NCBI GenBank assembly: GCA_011390245.1
Contig: JAABSR010000001.1
Coordinates: forward strand, 1 to 63,749
Direction: 5' to 3'
Origin: Campylobacterales bacterium
GTDB lineage: Bacteria > Campylobacterota > Campylobacteria > Campylobacterales > JAABSR01
DNA: 63,749 nt
The notes beneath the pieces are model-generated. The model was not told the DNA's origin. It made no database searches and worked only from the letters and a program-made list of their open reading frames with translations. Made by a program: the position numbers and the translations under genes. Shown one piece after another: positions 51,217 to 62,201 of the stretch (the stretch's first letter is position 1; every line of letters starts with the position of its first letter).

Positions 51217-51858
51217 ATGGATATTTTTCTTGTGGAGGCAGAAAAAGATATAAATAATGCCCTCAAAATATATTTTGAGTTGAGAAACTACAGGGTAAGT
51301 CAATTTTATGACATTAAAGAGGCTAATAAATCTATCAGCATAGAGTATGATGTCTATCTAATAGATCTCAAAACTAGTGTCTCTGAAGCACTAAACTTCA
51401 TAAAAGATGTAAGGGAGCTGAATAAAAAATCTCCGATAATCATAATAAGCACTCCAAAAGAGATAAAAAAACTTAAAGATGCTTATGATTTAGGATGTAG
51501 CGACCATATAAAAAGACCTTTTGAGGCAAAAGAGCTTGAAGAGAGAATCAAAAGATTTTGTGGTAGAAATACGCCACTTGTGAAGCTTTCAAGCGAGCTA
51601 AACTACTATCTTGACACAAAAATCCTCACACACAACGACAAACCAATAAAACTCTCAAAACATGAAAAGAAACTACTAGAGATATTGATAAAAAACAGAG
51701 GTATTGTTGTAAGTGCTGATATGATATTTGATAATATTTGGGGGAGAGATAAATCCTTTGATTCTGGACTTGTTAGAAGTATAGTTTGTCGTCTTAGAAA
51801 GAAGATGATCTCTGATCTTATATTTACCTCTGTTGATTTAGGATATGGTCTAAAATAG
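51217..51858 (+). CDS. OmpR-like response regulator with an atypical receiver acidic pocket
   Basis: 213 aa. The N-terminus reads FLVEAEKD instead of the usual (E/D)D pair. The putative acceptor D (YLIDLK), S/T (IIST) and K (IKRPF) are retained. Winged-helix C-terminus. No kinase adjacent. Confidence 0.7.
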   Translation: MDIFLVEAEKDINNALKIYFELRNYRVSQFYDIKEANKSISIEYDVYLIDLKTSVSEALNFIKDVRELNKKSPIIIISTPKEIKKLKDAYDLGCSDHIKRPFEAKELEERIKRFCGRNTPLVKLSSELNYYLDTKILTHNDKPIKLSKHEKKLLEILIKNRGIVVSADMIFDNIWGRDKSFDSGLVRSIVCRLRKKMISDLIFTSVDLGYGLK

Positions 51859-51872
51859 TCCTTCTCCTTGTG

Positions 51873-51890
51873 TTGGAATCCTTTTTGCTT
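51873..51890 (+). promoter_or_regulatory. Sigma-54 (RpoN) -24/-12 promoter upstream of flgF-flgG
   Basis: TTGGAATCCTTTTTGCTT: GG at 51875-51876 and GC at 51887-51888 (GG-N10-GC), matching the TTGGAA-N6-TTGCTT form used by flagellar class 2 genes in Campylobacter and Helicobacter; 36 nt before the ATG. Confidence 0.6.
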
Positions 51891-51925
51891 TTTAAAGTGT
51901 AAGAGCTATAAAAAGGAGTTTATAA

Positions 51926-52732
51926 ATGCAGAGTGGGTTTTACGCCGCTACTGGCGGTATGGTTACTCAGTTTAACCGTCTTGATGCTATATCCAACAAC
52001 CTAGCAAACTCAAACACTGCAGGCTTTAAAAGGGATGATGTAGTTATTGGAGACTTTCTAAGACTCTACAAAGAGCAAAGAGATGACCTACCTCTAAGAA
52101 ATCACACAAAAGATGCGGCAAAGTTCTTAAATCGCTCTATGGATAGAGTGCCTCAAATTGTAGAACAATACACTGATAGATCTTTAGGGCACATGCTAAG
52201 AAGCGGAAATGATCTTGATTTTGCCATGCAAAGAGAGAATGCATACTTTGCTGTAGAGACGCCAGAGGGTGTTAGATATACAAGAAGTGGCGAGTTTTCA
52301 CTGAACAACAATGGCAGACTTGTGACAAAAGAGGGATTTCCCGTGTTGCCAAAAGAGTACTTTCAAGAATCTGGATATATAGATTTTTCAAGTGATCAAA
52401 AAGTCACATTTGATAAAGATGGAAACTACTACATAGATGAAGTATTGGCTGGAAGTATTGGGATTTTTGAGTTTGAAAACCAAAAATATATAAAAAAAGA
52501 GGGTGGAAATCTCTACAAAGAGCTAAGAGAGGGTGAAGATAGAAGGATTCTAGAGGGAAGTGGTGCACTAGTTCAAGGTTTTATTGAGAAGAGCAATGTA
52601 AACCCTGTTTTAGAGATGAGTGCACTTATTGAGACAAACAGACTAGTTGATATGTACTCAAAGGTCATGAAATCACACATGGATGACCTAAATAGTGATG
52701 CAATAACAAAACTAGCAAATATTAAGGCATAA
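51926..52732 (+). CDS. flgF: Flagellar basal-body rod protein FlgF (FlgG2-type)
   Basis: 268 aa; N-terminal rod motif ISNNLANSNTAGFKRD and the conserved C-terminal domain. Confidence 0.8.
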   Translation: MQSGFYAATGGMVTQFNRLDAISNNLANSNTAGFKRDDVVIGDFLRLYKEQRDDLPLRNHTKDAAKFLNRSMDRVPQIVEQYTDRSLGHMLRSGNDLDFAMQRENAYFAVETPEGVRYTRSGEFSLNNNGRLVTKEGFPVLPKEYFQESGYIDFSSDQKVTFDKDGNYYIDEVLAGSIGIFEFENQKYIKKEGGNLYKELREGEDRRILEGSGALVQGFIEKSNVNPVLEMSALIETNRLVDMYSKVMKSHMDDLNSDAITKLANIKA

Positions 52733-52743
52733 AGGATTAAGCC

Positions 52744-53532
52744 ATGATGAGATCATTATATACTGCTGCTACTGGTATGGTTGGTATGCAACTACAGATA
52801 GATACAACATCAAACAACATAGCAAATGTAAACACTATAGGATATAAAAAACAGAGGGCTGAATTTGCAGATCTTTTTTACCAAGTGGCTGAATATGCTG
52901 GAACTGCTACAAGTGCAAATACTATCTCGCCTACTGGTATTGAAGTAGGTCTTGGTGTTCGTCCTACTGCGGTTACTAAGATGTTTTCTCAAGGTAACTT
53001 CAAAGAGACTGGAAATAATCTTGATCTCTCTATCACTGGAAATGGATTTTTTCAGATTCAGCTACCTGATGGAACGACTGGATATACAAGAAATGGCTCA
53101 TTTAAACTAGACAACAATGGGCAGATGGTAAACAGTGATGGCTATCCGCTACTACCTGAAATTGTAATCCCAGAGGATGCTACTCAGATTGCAGTGGGTA
53201 CTGATGGAACAGTCTCAGTATTGCAAGGTGGACAAACAGAGCTAAATCAAATAGGTCAAATAGATATAGCAAACTTTATAAATCCAGCTGGTCTGCACTC
53301 TTTGGGTGATAATCTCTACATAAACACAACCGCTTCAGGTGATCCTGTAGTAGGAGTCCCTGGTCTAAATGGACTAGGACAGGTTAGACAAGGTTTTGTT
53401 GAGATGAGTAATGTCCAGCTTGTAGAAGAGATGACAGATCTTATAACTGGTCAGAGAGCTTATGAGGCAAACTCCAAAGCGATACAAACTTCAGATGCGA
53501 TGCTACAAACTGTAAATGGGCTAAAAAGATAG
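52744..53532 (+). CDS. flgG: Flagellar distal rod protein FlgG
   Basis: 262 aa; MMRSLYTAATGM...SNNIANVNT.GYKK and C-terminal GFVEMSNV...LI..QRAYEANSK. Confidence 0.9.
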   Translation: MMRSLYTAATGMVGMQLQIDTTSNNIANVNTIGYKKQRAEFADLFYQVAEYAGTATSANTISPTGIEVGLGVRPTAVTKMFSQGNFKETGNNLDLSITGNGFFQIQLPDGTTGYTRNGSFKLDNNGQMVNSDGYPLLPEIVIPEDATQIAVGTDGTVSVLQGGQTELNQIGQIDIANFINPAGLHSLGDNLYINTTASGDPVVGVPGLNGLGQVRQGFVEMSNVQLVEEMTDLITGQRAYEANSKAIQTSDAMLQTVNGLKR

Positions 53533-53615
53533 GACTCCCTATCTAGCTCCATCTAGATAAATAGTATAATCAACCAATTGTCGCTAAAATAGCAAAAAAA
53601 TTTTAAGGGTAGTCT

Positions 53616-55085
53616 ATGTTGTTTATTGAGACTAGGGGAAATGATGGCTCTAAGCCAAAAGAGGTGGAGTTTTCATACGCTATTTTAAATCCAAGTGCAA
53701 GTTTTGGCGGTTTGTATGTACCAAAATCTATTCCTTTAATAGATTCTAGTTTTATCTCAAAACATATAGATAGTAGCTATGAAGAGCTAGCACTAGATAT
53801 ATTGAAAAAATTTGAGATAGATATAGATGAAGATGTCCTAAAAGATGCACTAAAACTCTATAGAAATTTTGATGATAGTAGCAATCCAGCACCTCTAAAA
53901 AAGGTAAAAAATGATCTTTTTGTTTGTGAACTCTATCATGGTCCAACTAGAGCTTTTAAAGATATGGCATTGCAGCCTTTTGGGCATATCCTTTCAGACT
54001 TAGCAAAAAAGAGGCAAAAAAACTATCTTATCATGGCCGCAACTAGTGGCGATACTGGTCCTGCTACTTTGGAGAGTTTTGCGCAGAAAGAGCGTGTAAA
54101 GGTTGTATGTCTATATCCAGAGGGTGGGACAAGTGATGTTCAGAGATTGCAGATGGTTTGTGAATCCTCAAAAAACCTAAAAGTTATAGGTATAAGAGGC
54201 GATTTTGATGATGCTCAAAACGCACTAAAGGCACTACTTGCTGATAGAGATTTTATAGATTCTTTGGAAAAAATGGAGATTAATCTCTCTGCTGCAAACT
54301 CTGTAAACTTTGGAAGGATAATATTTCAGATTATCTACCACTTCTACTCATATCTAAAACTTCTAAAAGACAAAGAGGTAGAACCAAATGAGAAAATCTA
54401 CTCTATTGTGCCAAGTGGAAACTTTGGAAACGCTCTTGGTGGATACTACGCCAAAAAGATGGGCTTACCAATAGAGAAGATATTTATTGCTTCAAATGAA
54501 AACAGTGTTTTGAGTGATTTTATAAATAGTGGAAAATATACTCTAAAAAATAGAAAACTAAAAAAGACTGCCTCTCCTGCTATGGATATACTCATTAGCT
54601 CAAATATCGAAAGGGTACTTCATGATCTTTTTGGAAGTGAAAGGACAAAAGAGCTACTTGTTGAATTAAGTAACAACAGAGAGTACGAGCTAACTTCTAG
54701 TGAACTAGAATCTCTCCAAAAAGAGTTTAGTGCTATACATAGTGATGATGAGTATGGAAAGAAAAAAATAGGTGAACTCTTCAAAGATGGCTATCTTCTA
54801 GATCCTCATACGGCAACTTGCATAAAAGCATACGAGAATCTAAAAGAGAAAAACCTCAAATGCATAGCCTACTCTACAGCTGAGTGGACAAAATTTGCCC
54901 CTACAGTACACAGTGCCCTCTTTTTAAAGAGCAGCAAAGATGACAAAGAGGCTCTAGAGTGCATATCAAAAAAAGCAGAGGTAGATATACCAGAGGTTGT
55001 ATCAAGTCTCTTTGAGAAAGAGGTAGTTCATAAAGATATCATCAACAAAGAGGAGATCAAAGAGACTATCTTGGAGTGGCTTTAA
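53616..55085 (+). CDS. thrC: Threonine synthase (long form)
   Basis: 489 aa; PLP-lysine context [11 protein letters not shown] and ATSGDTG. Confidence 0.9.
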   Translation: MLFIETRGNDGSKPKEVEFSYAILNPSASFGGLYVPKSIPLIDSSFISKHIDSSYEELALDILKKFEIDIDEDVLKDALKLYRNFDDSSNPAPLKKVKNDLFVCELYHGPTRAFKDMALQPFGHILSDLAKKRQKNYLIMAATSGDTGPATLESFAQKERVKVVCLYPEGGTSDVQRLQMVCESSKNLKVIGIRGDFDDAQNALKALLADRDFIDSLEKMEINLSAANSVNFGRIIFQIIYHFYSYLKLLKDKEVEPNEKIYSIVPSGNFGNALGGYYAKKMGLPIEKIFIASNENSVLSDFINSGKYTLKNRKLKKTASPAMDILISSNIERVLHDLFGSERTKELLVELSNNREYELTSSELESLQKEFSAIHSDDEYGKKKIGELFKDGYLLDPHTATCIKAYENLKEKNLKCIAYSTAEWTKFAPTVHSALFLKSSKDDKEALECISKKAEVDIPEVVSSLFEKEVVHKDIINKEEIKETILEWL

Positions 55086-55893
55086 GCCCTCTTTGTTTTA
55101 GATATGGATATATAGCTAGACATACTGCAACCATAAATGCTGACATAACTTGCCCCATTGTTAGCATATCAAAAAATACAAAACCTATGTGAGAATCTGG
55201 AGCTCTCCAAAATTCCGCGATAAATCTTGTAACGCCATAAAGTATCCCATAAAGTAGTGCAATCTCTCCTACAAATTTTGCCCTACTTCTATACCAAAAG
55301 AGGAAAGCAAACACAAGCACACCCTCTAAAAATGCCTCATACAACTGAGAAGGATGCCTTAATATCCCTGCTACATGTATTCCCCATGGCATTTCTGTTG
55401 CCCTGCCTACTAGCTCTTGATTGAGAAAGTTTCCAATTCGCCCAAAGATATAACCTAAAGGCACTGCAAGTCCTACTAAATCCATCAAAAACCAAAATGA
55501 TATTTTGTTTCTTTTTGCAAAAATGAGTGAAGCTACAAGAAAGCCAATCAAGGCTCCATGATAGCTCATACCTCTTATTCCTATAAACTCACCATTTTGA
55601 AATGGATTAAAAATCTGCCAAGGATTGAGTAGATAATATGTAGTGTTTGGATCATAAAAAAGTATATATCCAATTCTTGCACCTAAGATAACACCAACTT
55701 CAACCCAGATAAAATATGAATCAAGTTCATCATTACTTATTGGTAGTTTATCCCTTTTTACGAACCATTTACCAGCAAACAGTGCAGAGAGAAGGGCTAA
55801 AACATACATTATCCCATACCAGTGTATTGAGAAGCCAAATATACTAAAAGCTACTGGATCAAAGTGGTTATATATATAGTTCCATGTTTCCAA
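55066..55893 (-). CDS. lgt: Prolipoprotein diacylglyceryl transferase
   Basis: 275 aa; H.YG, GRIGNF.N.E..G and related Lgt signatures. Its 3' end overlaps the convergent thrC by 20 nt. Confidence 0.9.
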   Translation of the reverse strand: METWNYIYNHFDPVAFSIFGFSIHWYGIMYVLALLSALFAGKWFVKRDKLPISNDELDSYFIWVEVGVILGARIGYILFYDPNTTYYLLNPWQIFNPFQNGEFIGIRGMSYHGALIGFLVASLIFAKRNKISFWFLMDLVGLAVPLGYIFGRIGNFLNQELVGRATEMPWGIHVAGILRHPSQLYEAFLEGVLVFAFLFWYRSRAKFVGEIALLYGILYGVTRFIAEFWRAPDSHIGFVFFDMLTMGQVMSAFMVAVCLAIYPYLKQRGLKATPR

Positions 55894-55894
55894 A

Positions 55895-56194
55895 TTACGC
55901 CCTATACCTCTCTACACTAAAAAATTCTAAAAGATCCAAATACTCTATCTGCTTGTAAAGATTTCTCTGAGAAACAGAGATAGAGACATCAACACCATCT
56001 ATGTTCTTTATCTTCAAAAGCAACCCAAAAACAGAAGAGCTTAAGACTTGGGCATCCATAAATATGACATTTAAACTTTTAGCCCCAGCTTCAAGATTCT
56101 CCCCAACTGCCTCTCTAAATCGTAAATAGTCCTCCAGTGTTGAGAATCTATCTTTTATAATAAGACCCTCATCACTTTCAACTATCTCTATCAA
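55895..56194 (-). CDS. Small STAS-like (anti-sigma antagonist / MlaB-like fold) hypothetical protein
   Basis: 99 aa. The segment [21 protein letters not shown] resembles the D.S.V..(D)SSG.. core of STAS domains. Lies 15 nt downstream of the MCP gene and 1 nt upstream of lgt. Confidence 0.4.
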   Translation of the reverse strand: MIEIVESDEGLIIKDRFSTLEDYLRFREAVGENLEAGAKSLNVIFMDAQVLSSSVFGLLLKIKNIDGVDVSISVSQRNLYKQIEYLDLLEFFSVERYRA

Positions 56195-56209
56195 CTCTCA
56201 CTCAAATAT

Positions 56210-57799
56210 TTAAGACTTAAAGCTCTCTAGCTCTTTGTTGAGTTCATCAGTTTTTTGAGAGATTGTAGAGGCAATATCCTCTATTTTTGAACCAGCATTT
56301 TTAGTATCATCAGAAAGTTTTACAATCTTTTGCATCATCTCTATGAGAGATTTTGTTTTTGTGGCAATAAGTGTTGTTTTACTCACTACCGAAGAAGATG
56401 TATTTACCGTGCTATCAAGTTTGCTTCTTGTCTCATTTGCATCATCAATCAACGCATTTGCTTTATTACTAACATCAAGTATATCATCTGATGCTTTTTT
56501 TATCTCATCACTTACATCCTCAATGCTTTGAGTGATTATGTTAGTAGTGGCATTTATCTCAGTTAGACTTTTTTGTGTTCGCTCAGCCAGCTTTCTAACC
56601 TCATCACTAACTACAGCAAACCCTCTCCCATGCTCTCCAGCTCTTGCTGCTTCTATTGCAGCATTTAGGGCTAGTAGGTTTGTCTGATCCGCGATATCTG
56701 CGATAATAGTCAAAACCTCTTTTATCTGATTTGCCTGATCAGTTAGTGAGTGCATCTTATGAACTAGATCTCTTTGTTTTGATGAATCCTCAATAATTAG
56801 CTCTACAACCTCAGAAAGATTTCCAACAAAAAGCTCTAGAGTATCTCTTGTACTATCAAGATCCTCTGTAGTAGATACTGCATACTCTTCTGTTATATCA
56901 AGATTTTTACCTATATCTTTTGTCAATATATCTATATCTTCTACAAAACGCGACTGCTCATTTGCATTTTTTGCTAGGATAACTGAAGTCTCTTTTAGCT
57001 CAATACTAATTTTTTTATTCTCTCTAGAGGCATCCTTGGCGACATTTACAGTAGCATGAATCCTATCTATAAACTGATTTATAAATGTAGAGGCTATCCC
57101 TACCTCATCATCTCTTTTTACATCTATTCTCTTTGTAAGGTCACCCTCACCTTTTGCCAAATCCTCAGCCATGTTAGTAAGCCTATCAAGCGGTTTTATA
57201 AGCTCTTTGTTGAAGAAAATCATAAGACCAAAAAGAGCTATAATAACAGCAACTATCATAGTAACAAGAATTTTAAACTTAGAATCTGCTATATCGCTAT
57301 CACTCTCTTCAAGAGAGAGCATAAGCTCCATAACACCCAAAACATCTCCAGGATTTGCATTCCCATGACAAGCAATACATGTATCATCTGCAACAAGAGG
57401 CTTTAAAAGCTTCATAGCATGTATTGGCTCAGTAACCTCAAAAAGATTCTGCTCTTTTGATTTATAGATATTTAACACATCAGGGTCATTTGAAGACTTC
57501 TCAGGTTTACCATAAAACTCTATAACCTTATCTGATCTAAAAACCTTGACATCATAAACACCCTCTATCTCTTTAGCATCTTTTATTACTTTATCAACAA
57601 CAGCACCATCACCAAAATTCATAGATAGTTTCAATGTCTGAAATACGGAGTTACTAAGCATAAAAAGTGATTTATCTGTACTTATCTCTGCTTTTTTCTC
57701 ATAATCGTACGACAAAAAGACATATAGCCCAATTGTACCTATTGTGAAAAAAGCTAGTAGGGTTACAAGTGCTTTAGCTTTAAATGACTTCAATTCCAA
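56210..57799 (-). CDS. Methyl-accepting chemotaxis protein with a periplasmic c-type heme-binding motif
   Basis: 529 aa; TM1, a periplasmic domain of about 150 aa containing CIACHG, TM2, HAMP, and the conserved MCP hairpin ([38 protein letters not shown]). Confidence 0.85.
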   Translation of the reverse strand: MELKSFKAKALVTLLAFFTIGTIGLYVFLSYDYEKKAEISTDKSLFMLSNSVFQTLKLSMNFGDGAVVDKVIKDAKEIEGVYDVKVFRSDKVIEFYGKPEKSSNDPDVLNIYKSKEQNLFEVTEPIHAMKLLKPLVADDTCIACHGNANPGDVLGVMELMLSLEESDSDIADSKFKILVTMIVAVIIALFGLMIFFNKELIKPLDRLTNMAEDLAKGEGDLTKRIDVKRDDEVGIASTFINQFIDRIHATVNVAKDASRENKKISIELKETSVILAKNANEQSRFVEDIDILTKDIGKNLDITEEYAVSTTEDLDSTRDTLELFVGNLSEVVELIIEDSSKQRDLVHKMHSLTDQANQIKEVLTIIADIADQTNLLALNAAIEAARAGEHGRGFAVVSDEVRKLAERTQKSLTEINATTNIITQSIEDVSDEIKKASDDILDVSNKANALIDDANETRSKLDSTVNTSSSVVSKTTLIATKTKSLIEMMQKIVKLSDDTKNAGSKIEDIASTISQKTDELNKELESFKS

Positions 57800-57899
57800 A
57801 TCCTTTTGAGATTTTTTAATACTATGAAGGGTAGATTATCCCAAAAAAAATATATATCTACTTAAATCTTACAAAAATGTTTCACTCTTTTAATAGATT

Positions 57900-58628
57900 C
57901 TACTCAAAGTCAAACTCTTTTGGCTCTTTTGAGCTAAAGCTATACCCTAGTAGTTCTATTTTTTTTGCATGAAGCATAACTCTTGCTCCTTTTTTGCCAC
58001 CATATATCTCATCTCCAACTATTGGGTGATCTATATGGCTTAGATGTGCTCTTATCTGATGTGTTCTGCCAGTTTTTATGACAACTTTTAACTTAGTAAA
58101 CTTCCCAAATACAAAAAGAGGCTCTATCTCAGTATGTGCACTAACTCCCTCAAAACCAACTTTTACTTTTGCCTTAGAATCTTTAGAGATAAGTAGAGGT
58201 TTGTCTATAATAATCTTTTCACTCACCAAGCCCTCAACCCATGCTACATACTCTTTATAGACATTATTGTTTCTAAACTCATTAATACACTTCTCTCTAA
58301 ACTCATCATTTTTGACAAACAAAATCACTCCACTTGTCTCTCTATCAAGCCTATGAAGAAGTTTTGATTCTTTGCACTCTTTTAGCTTTTCTAGCTCTTC
58401 TGAATTTATAAATGCTGGTTTATCTACTGCTATTATAAACTCATCTTCAAATATCACTTTTGGCTTCTCTACCTTTTTGACGCTAAACTTGCTATCCTCT
58501 TTGACTTCTGCCCTTGCAATTTTTAGTTTGCTGCCTTTGAGATAGACAAGCCCCCTATCTATTAAATCTTTTGCTATGTTATTTGAAATACCCTCTTGTC
58601 TTGCAAGAAGTTTATATGCTTTTTCCAC
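57900..58628 (-). CDS. RluA-family pseudouridine synthase with an N-terminal S4-like domain
   Basis: 242 aa; catalytic HRLDRETSGVILF and the GRTHQIR motif. Confidence 0.8.
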   Translation of the reverse strand: MEKAYKLLARQEGISNNIAKDLIDRGLVYLKGSKLKIARAEVKEDSKFSVKKVEKPKVIFEDEFIIAVDKPAFINSEELEKLKECKESKLLHRLDRETSGVILFVKNDEFREKCINEFRNNNVYKEYVAWVEGLVSEKIIIDKPLLISKDSKAKVKVGFEGVSAHTEIEPLFVFGKFTKLKVVIKTGRTHQIRAHLSHIDHPIVGDEIYGGKKGARVMLHAKKIELLGYSFSSKEPKEFDFE

Positions 58629-59775
58629 CTATTAGTTCCTCTTTTAATCTATCAAATCTATTCTCTTTTTTTATATAACATCTCTCTAGCTCAGAGTGGT
58701 TTTTAAGCACACTTGCTAGTCTATCCTCTTCTACTAGTATATAATTTTCTATCATCTCAAAAAGTGTAAACTGATTGAAAATATTTACACCACTTATTAT
58801 TTTAGCATTAAAGTGCGCAGGTTCTATCGGATTGTGACCACCAGCATCCACAAAAGAGCCACCAAGCACTACAATATCAGCAATAGCATAGAAATTTACA
58901 AGTTCGCCTAACCTATCTAAAAGCACAATATCAGAATCTAGCTCCTCTTTGGTTGATATTTTAGAGTAGCTTAGGCCATACTCTGTACAAAACATTGCTA
59001 TCTCATTTTCGACCATGTCAAATCTCTCTGGATGTCTAGGAGCCAAAACTAGCTTTGCATTTTCAAGCTCTCTAAAAGCCTCTAAAATTATAATCTCTTC
59101 ACCCACATGTGTGCTTGCTCCAACTATTAACAACTCTTTTGGTTTTTTATACTCTTTTGTCACCTTAGGAGTTGCAAGGGCTTTGATATTACCAAGCACC
59201 TCTACTGTTTTTGCACCTAACTCTAGATATCTACTTCTATCTTTTTGACTTTGAGCATAAACTATATCTATATTAGCAAATACCATTTTGTAAAAAAACT
59301 TAAATCTAAGATAGTTATGAAAAGATCTATTTGAGATTCGACCATTTAACAATATCGTCTTAGAGCCTCTCTTTTTGGCGATAAAAAAAAGCATAAACCA
59401 CAACTCTGCTTCCATGACCACAACAGTTCTATCTCTTCCAATCCAAAAAGGCAAAAATATCTCAAAAGGCAAAAACCTACGATCTGCTCTCTCTATGGTT
59501 TTTGCCTCTTCCATGCCAGTATCTGTAATAGTAGAGATATTTATCACTTCATCTTCTATCATCTCAATTAATGGCTTCAAAGATTTTACCTCTCCCAAAG
59601 AGCAGGCATGAAACCAGATTCCATCTCTCTTGAAAGCTCCATTTTTATAGCAAAAAAATCTTGCAGGAATTGATCTTTTATACTTCTTTTTGCTCATCAA
59701 AAAAAGAAGCAAAGGGATTGCAATAATATATAGTAAAAAAGAGAGGAGGAAATATATAGCACTAAAGAGGTGCAA
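58612..59775 (-). CDS. waaA: 3-deoxy-D-manno-octulosonic acid (Kdo) transferase
   Basis: 387 aa; N-terminal TM anchor, WFHACSLGE motif, C-terminal GGSF...GGHNPIEPA. Confidence 0.85.
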   Translation of the reverse strand: MHLFSAIYFLLSFLLYIIAIPLLLFLMSKKKYKRSIPARFFCYKNGAFKRDGIWFHACSLGEVKSLKPLIEMIEDEVINISTITDTGMEEAKTIERADRRFLPFEIFLPFWIGRDRTVVVMEAELWFMLFFIAKKRGSKTILLNGRISNRSFHNYLRFKFFYKMVFANIDIVYAQSQKDRSRYLELGAKTVEVLGNIKALATPKVTKEYKKPKELLIVGASTHVGEEIIILEAFRELENAKLVLAPRHPERFDMVENEIAMFCTEYGLSYSKISTKEELDSDIVLLDRLGELVNFYAIADIVVLGGSFVDAGGHNPIEPAHFNAKIISGVNIFNQFTLFEMIENYILVEEDRLASVLKNHSELERCYIKKENRFDRLKEELIGGKSI

Positions 59776-59786
59776 GAGAGGTGCCT

Positions 59787-60530
59787 CTAGCTCTCTTCTT
59801 TTGGAGGATCATAATAGAGTATTCTCCCGCAATGAGGACAAGTAATAATCTCATCACCTTTTTTTATGGCATCAAAAGTTTTATTGTTTAGCTTCAAAAA
59901 ACATCCACCACAAGCAGCTATAAAGTTATTGCCACTTGCTACCAACCTTAGAGGAACAACAGTTGTATTTTCTGCCCATCTTCTAATCTTCTCATAATAC
60001 ATTATAATCTTTTGATCCATTGTAGAAATTAGTTTCTCTTTCCTATCAAAAACACTTTTTCTCTCATTTTCTATAGTTTTTAGCTCATCATTTACACTAT
60101 CTTCTATCTTTTTGATATCTTCATCAAGTTTTGCTATCTCTTTTGCTATCTCTTTTAGCTCTTCTGCTCTATTCTCTTTTAGTCTATCAAGCTTCTCTAT
60201 CTCCTCATTTGCATGAGTTATCTGCTCTTTTGCAATATCCTCTTCTAGATTGAGAGCTTTTAGCTCCTTTTCTGTTTTTATCACTTTATGTTTTTTTGAT
60301 ATATCTTCTAGTTTGCTTGAGAGCCCTTCTAGATGAAGTTCATTTTTTTGGATGTCAAGCTGGGCATTTTTTATCCCATCTTCTATCTCCATGCTATTTT
60401 TTGATAGCTCCTCTTTTTTGTTTAATATAATATTTATCTCAGATTTTACCTTCTCTATTCTAGGTTCAAAAGAATCTATCTCTTTATTTATATTTGAGAG
60501 TTTGACAAGATGTTCAAGGTGTATATTCAT
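59787..60530 (-). CDS. Coiled-coil plus C4 zinc-ribbon protein (COG1579 type, HP0958/FlgZ-like)
   Basis: 247 aa; long heptad region, then CGGC...CPHCGRILY. The waaA / Zn-ribbon / NIF3 / glyQ order matches what I recall for H. pylori HP0957-HP0960. Confidence 0.7.
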   Translation of the reverse strand: MNIHLEHLVKLSNINKEIDSFEPRIEKVKSEINIILNKKEELSKNSMEIEDGIKNAQLDIQKNELHLEGLSSKLEDISKKHKVIKTEKELKALNLEEDIAKEQITHANEEIEKLDRLKENRAEELKEIAKEIAKLDEDIKKIEDSVNDELKTIENERKSVFDRKEKLISTMDQKIIMYYEKIRRWAENTTVVPLRLVASGNNFIAACGGCFLKLNNKTFDAIKKGDEIITCPHCGRILYYDPPKEES

Positions 60531-60574
60531 AAATTAATTCTCCTAAATTTTTAAGTACTTCTTGTATGCAGATT

Positions 60575-61312
60575 TTATCTTTTACAAAACGGATTAAACG
60601 AGTCTGCAATTATAACCAAAAGGTCTAAATTTTTCAATCTGCCCCCTATCACACTATGCAGAGCTTCACCAAAAAAACGCTCACTCTCAAAATGTCCAAT
60701 ATCTATCATATTTATTCCCAAAGATTTTGCAATCATTGCATCATGATATTTTATGTCACCACTTAGCAAACAATCACTCTCTATTTTTGGCAAAAATGAG
60801 GCTCCACTTCCAGTTATTAGAGAGCATTTTCTTATCTCTTTTTTGCCACTATCAACTATATTTGGGCTTTTAAGGTCAAGCTTTTTTGTTACTAACTCTA
60901 TAAGCTCTTCAAAGCTAGAGTTGGGATTAAATGTAACCATAAAATCCTCAAAACTACTCTCTTTAAATCCTAGAATCTGATTTAGCACATATAAGTTTAA
61001 GTGAGTTTTATCAAAATTTGTATGCATTGAGATTAGGGAGATATCTTTTTTAATCATCTTCTCTAAAATATTACTAGGATACTCTTCATAACAGATTCTA
61101 CTTAGTGGTTTAAAGAGGAGAGGATGGTGAGTTATTATAAGTGAGCCCTCTTCTACCCTCTCTAAAAGCTCCATCTCAACCTCTAGTGAGAGATATATCT
61201 TTTTTATATCTCTTCTCTTATCTCCAACTAAAATTCCACTATTATCCCAGCTCTCTTGTAGTTCAAAAGGTGAGATCTCATCTAAAATCTTATATATTTC
61301 ACCTAAATACAC
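60575..61312 (-). CDS. Nif3-like dinuclear metal centre protein
   Basis: 245 aa; NIF3 motifs ([22 protein letters not shown]). Confidence 0.8.
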   Translation of the reverse strand: MYLGEIYKILDEISPFELQESWDNSGILVGDKRRDIKKIYLSLEVEMELLERVEEGSLIITHHPLLFKPLSRICYEEYPSNILEKMIKKDISLISMHTNFDKTHLNLYVLNQILGFKESSFEDFMVTFNPNSSFEELIELVTKKLDLKSPNIVDSGKKEIRKCSLITGSGASFLPKIESDCLLSGDIKYHDAMIAKSLGINMIDIGHFESERFFGEALHSVIGGRLKNLDLLVIIADSFNPFCKR

Positions 61313-62181
61313 AATCTCTTCTTTCTCTCTTCCCTCTCTTCCTCTTGCTCTTTATAAAGTGTAGCACAACCCTTACTAAGCTCTCGTATTTTTAGTATAT
61401 AGTTTTGTCTCTCAGTAGTTGAGATAGCCTTTCTTGCATCTAGAGTATTAAAAAAGTGGCTAGCTAAAATCGTATAGTCATACGCTGGTAGAGGGATTTT
61501 TGCTTCTAATGATCTTTTTGCCTCATTTTGAGCATCTTCAAACCATCTAAAGAGCATTTCAACATCCGCAACCTCAAAATTATACTTACTAAACTCATAC
61601 TCACTTTCTAAATGAACATCACTATATTTGGCATCTTCACTCCATGAGATGTCTAAAATATTATCAACACCTTGAAGATACATAGCCAATCTCTCAGTCC
61701 CATAGGTTATCTCAACTGCTACAGGATCACAAGAGATACCGCCTACTTGTTGAAAATATGTAAACTGTGTGACCTCCATACCATCAAGCCACACCTCCCA
61801 GCCAAGTCCCCACGCTCCAAGAGTTGGGGATTCCCAGTTATCCTCTACAAAGCGAATATCATGTTCTGAAATATTCAACCCTAAAAACTCCAAGCTCTTT
61901 AGATATAGCTCTTGAATATTTGCGGGCGAAGGTTTTATGATAACTTGAAACTGATAGTAGCTACCAAGTCTATTTGGATTTTCACCATACCTGCCATCTG
62001 TAGGTCTTCTAGATGGTGCCACATAAGCCACACTCCATGGCTTAGAATCAAGACTTCTAAGAAGTGTAGCTGGATGAAAAGTACCTGCACCTGAGGGAAT
62101 ATCATAAGGCTGGATTATCAAACAACCCTCTCTTTTCCAAAACTCTTGTAGCTTCAAAAGTAGATCTGAAAAACTCAACAT
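61303..62181 (-). CDS. glyQ: Glycine--tRNA ligase alpha subunit
   Basis: 292 aa; highly conserved GlyQ sequence ([12 protein letters not shown]-type start, [33 protein letters not shown]). Confidence 0.95.
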   Translation of the reverse strand: MLSFSDLLLKLQEFWKREGCLIIQPYDIPSGAGTFHPATLLRSLDSKPWSVAYVAPSRRPTDGRYGENPNRLGSYYQFQVIIKPSPANIQELYLKSLEFLGLNISEHDIRFVEDNWESPTLGAWGLGWEVWLDGMEVTQFTYFQQVGGISCDPVAVEITYGTERLAMYLQGVDNILDISWSEDAKYSDVHLESEYEFSKYNFEVADVEMLFRWFEDAQNEAKRSLEAKIPLPAYDYTILASHFFNTLDARKAISTTERQNYILKIRELSKGCATLYKEQEEEREERKKRLCI

Positions 62182-62201
62182 TTTTATCCTTTTTAAATCC
62201 T

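Noticed and set aside
55066-55085. The 20-nt convergent overlap of thrC and lgt, and the 11-nt overlap of the dehydrogenase and cobB at 47599-47609, as something unusual.
   Set aside because: Short 3'-3' overlaps are common in compact AT-rich genomes. No extra structure is visible.
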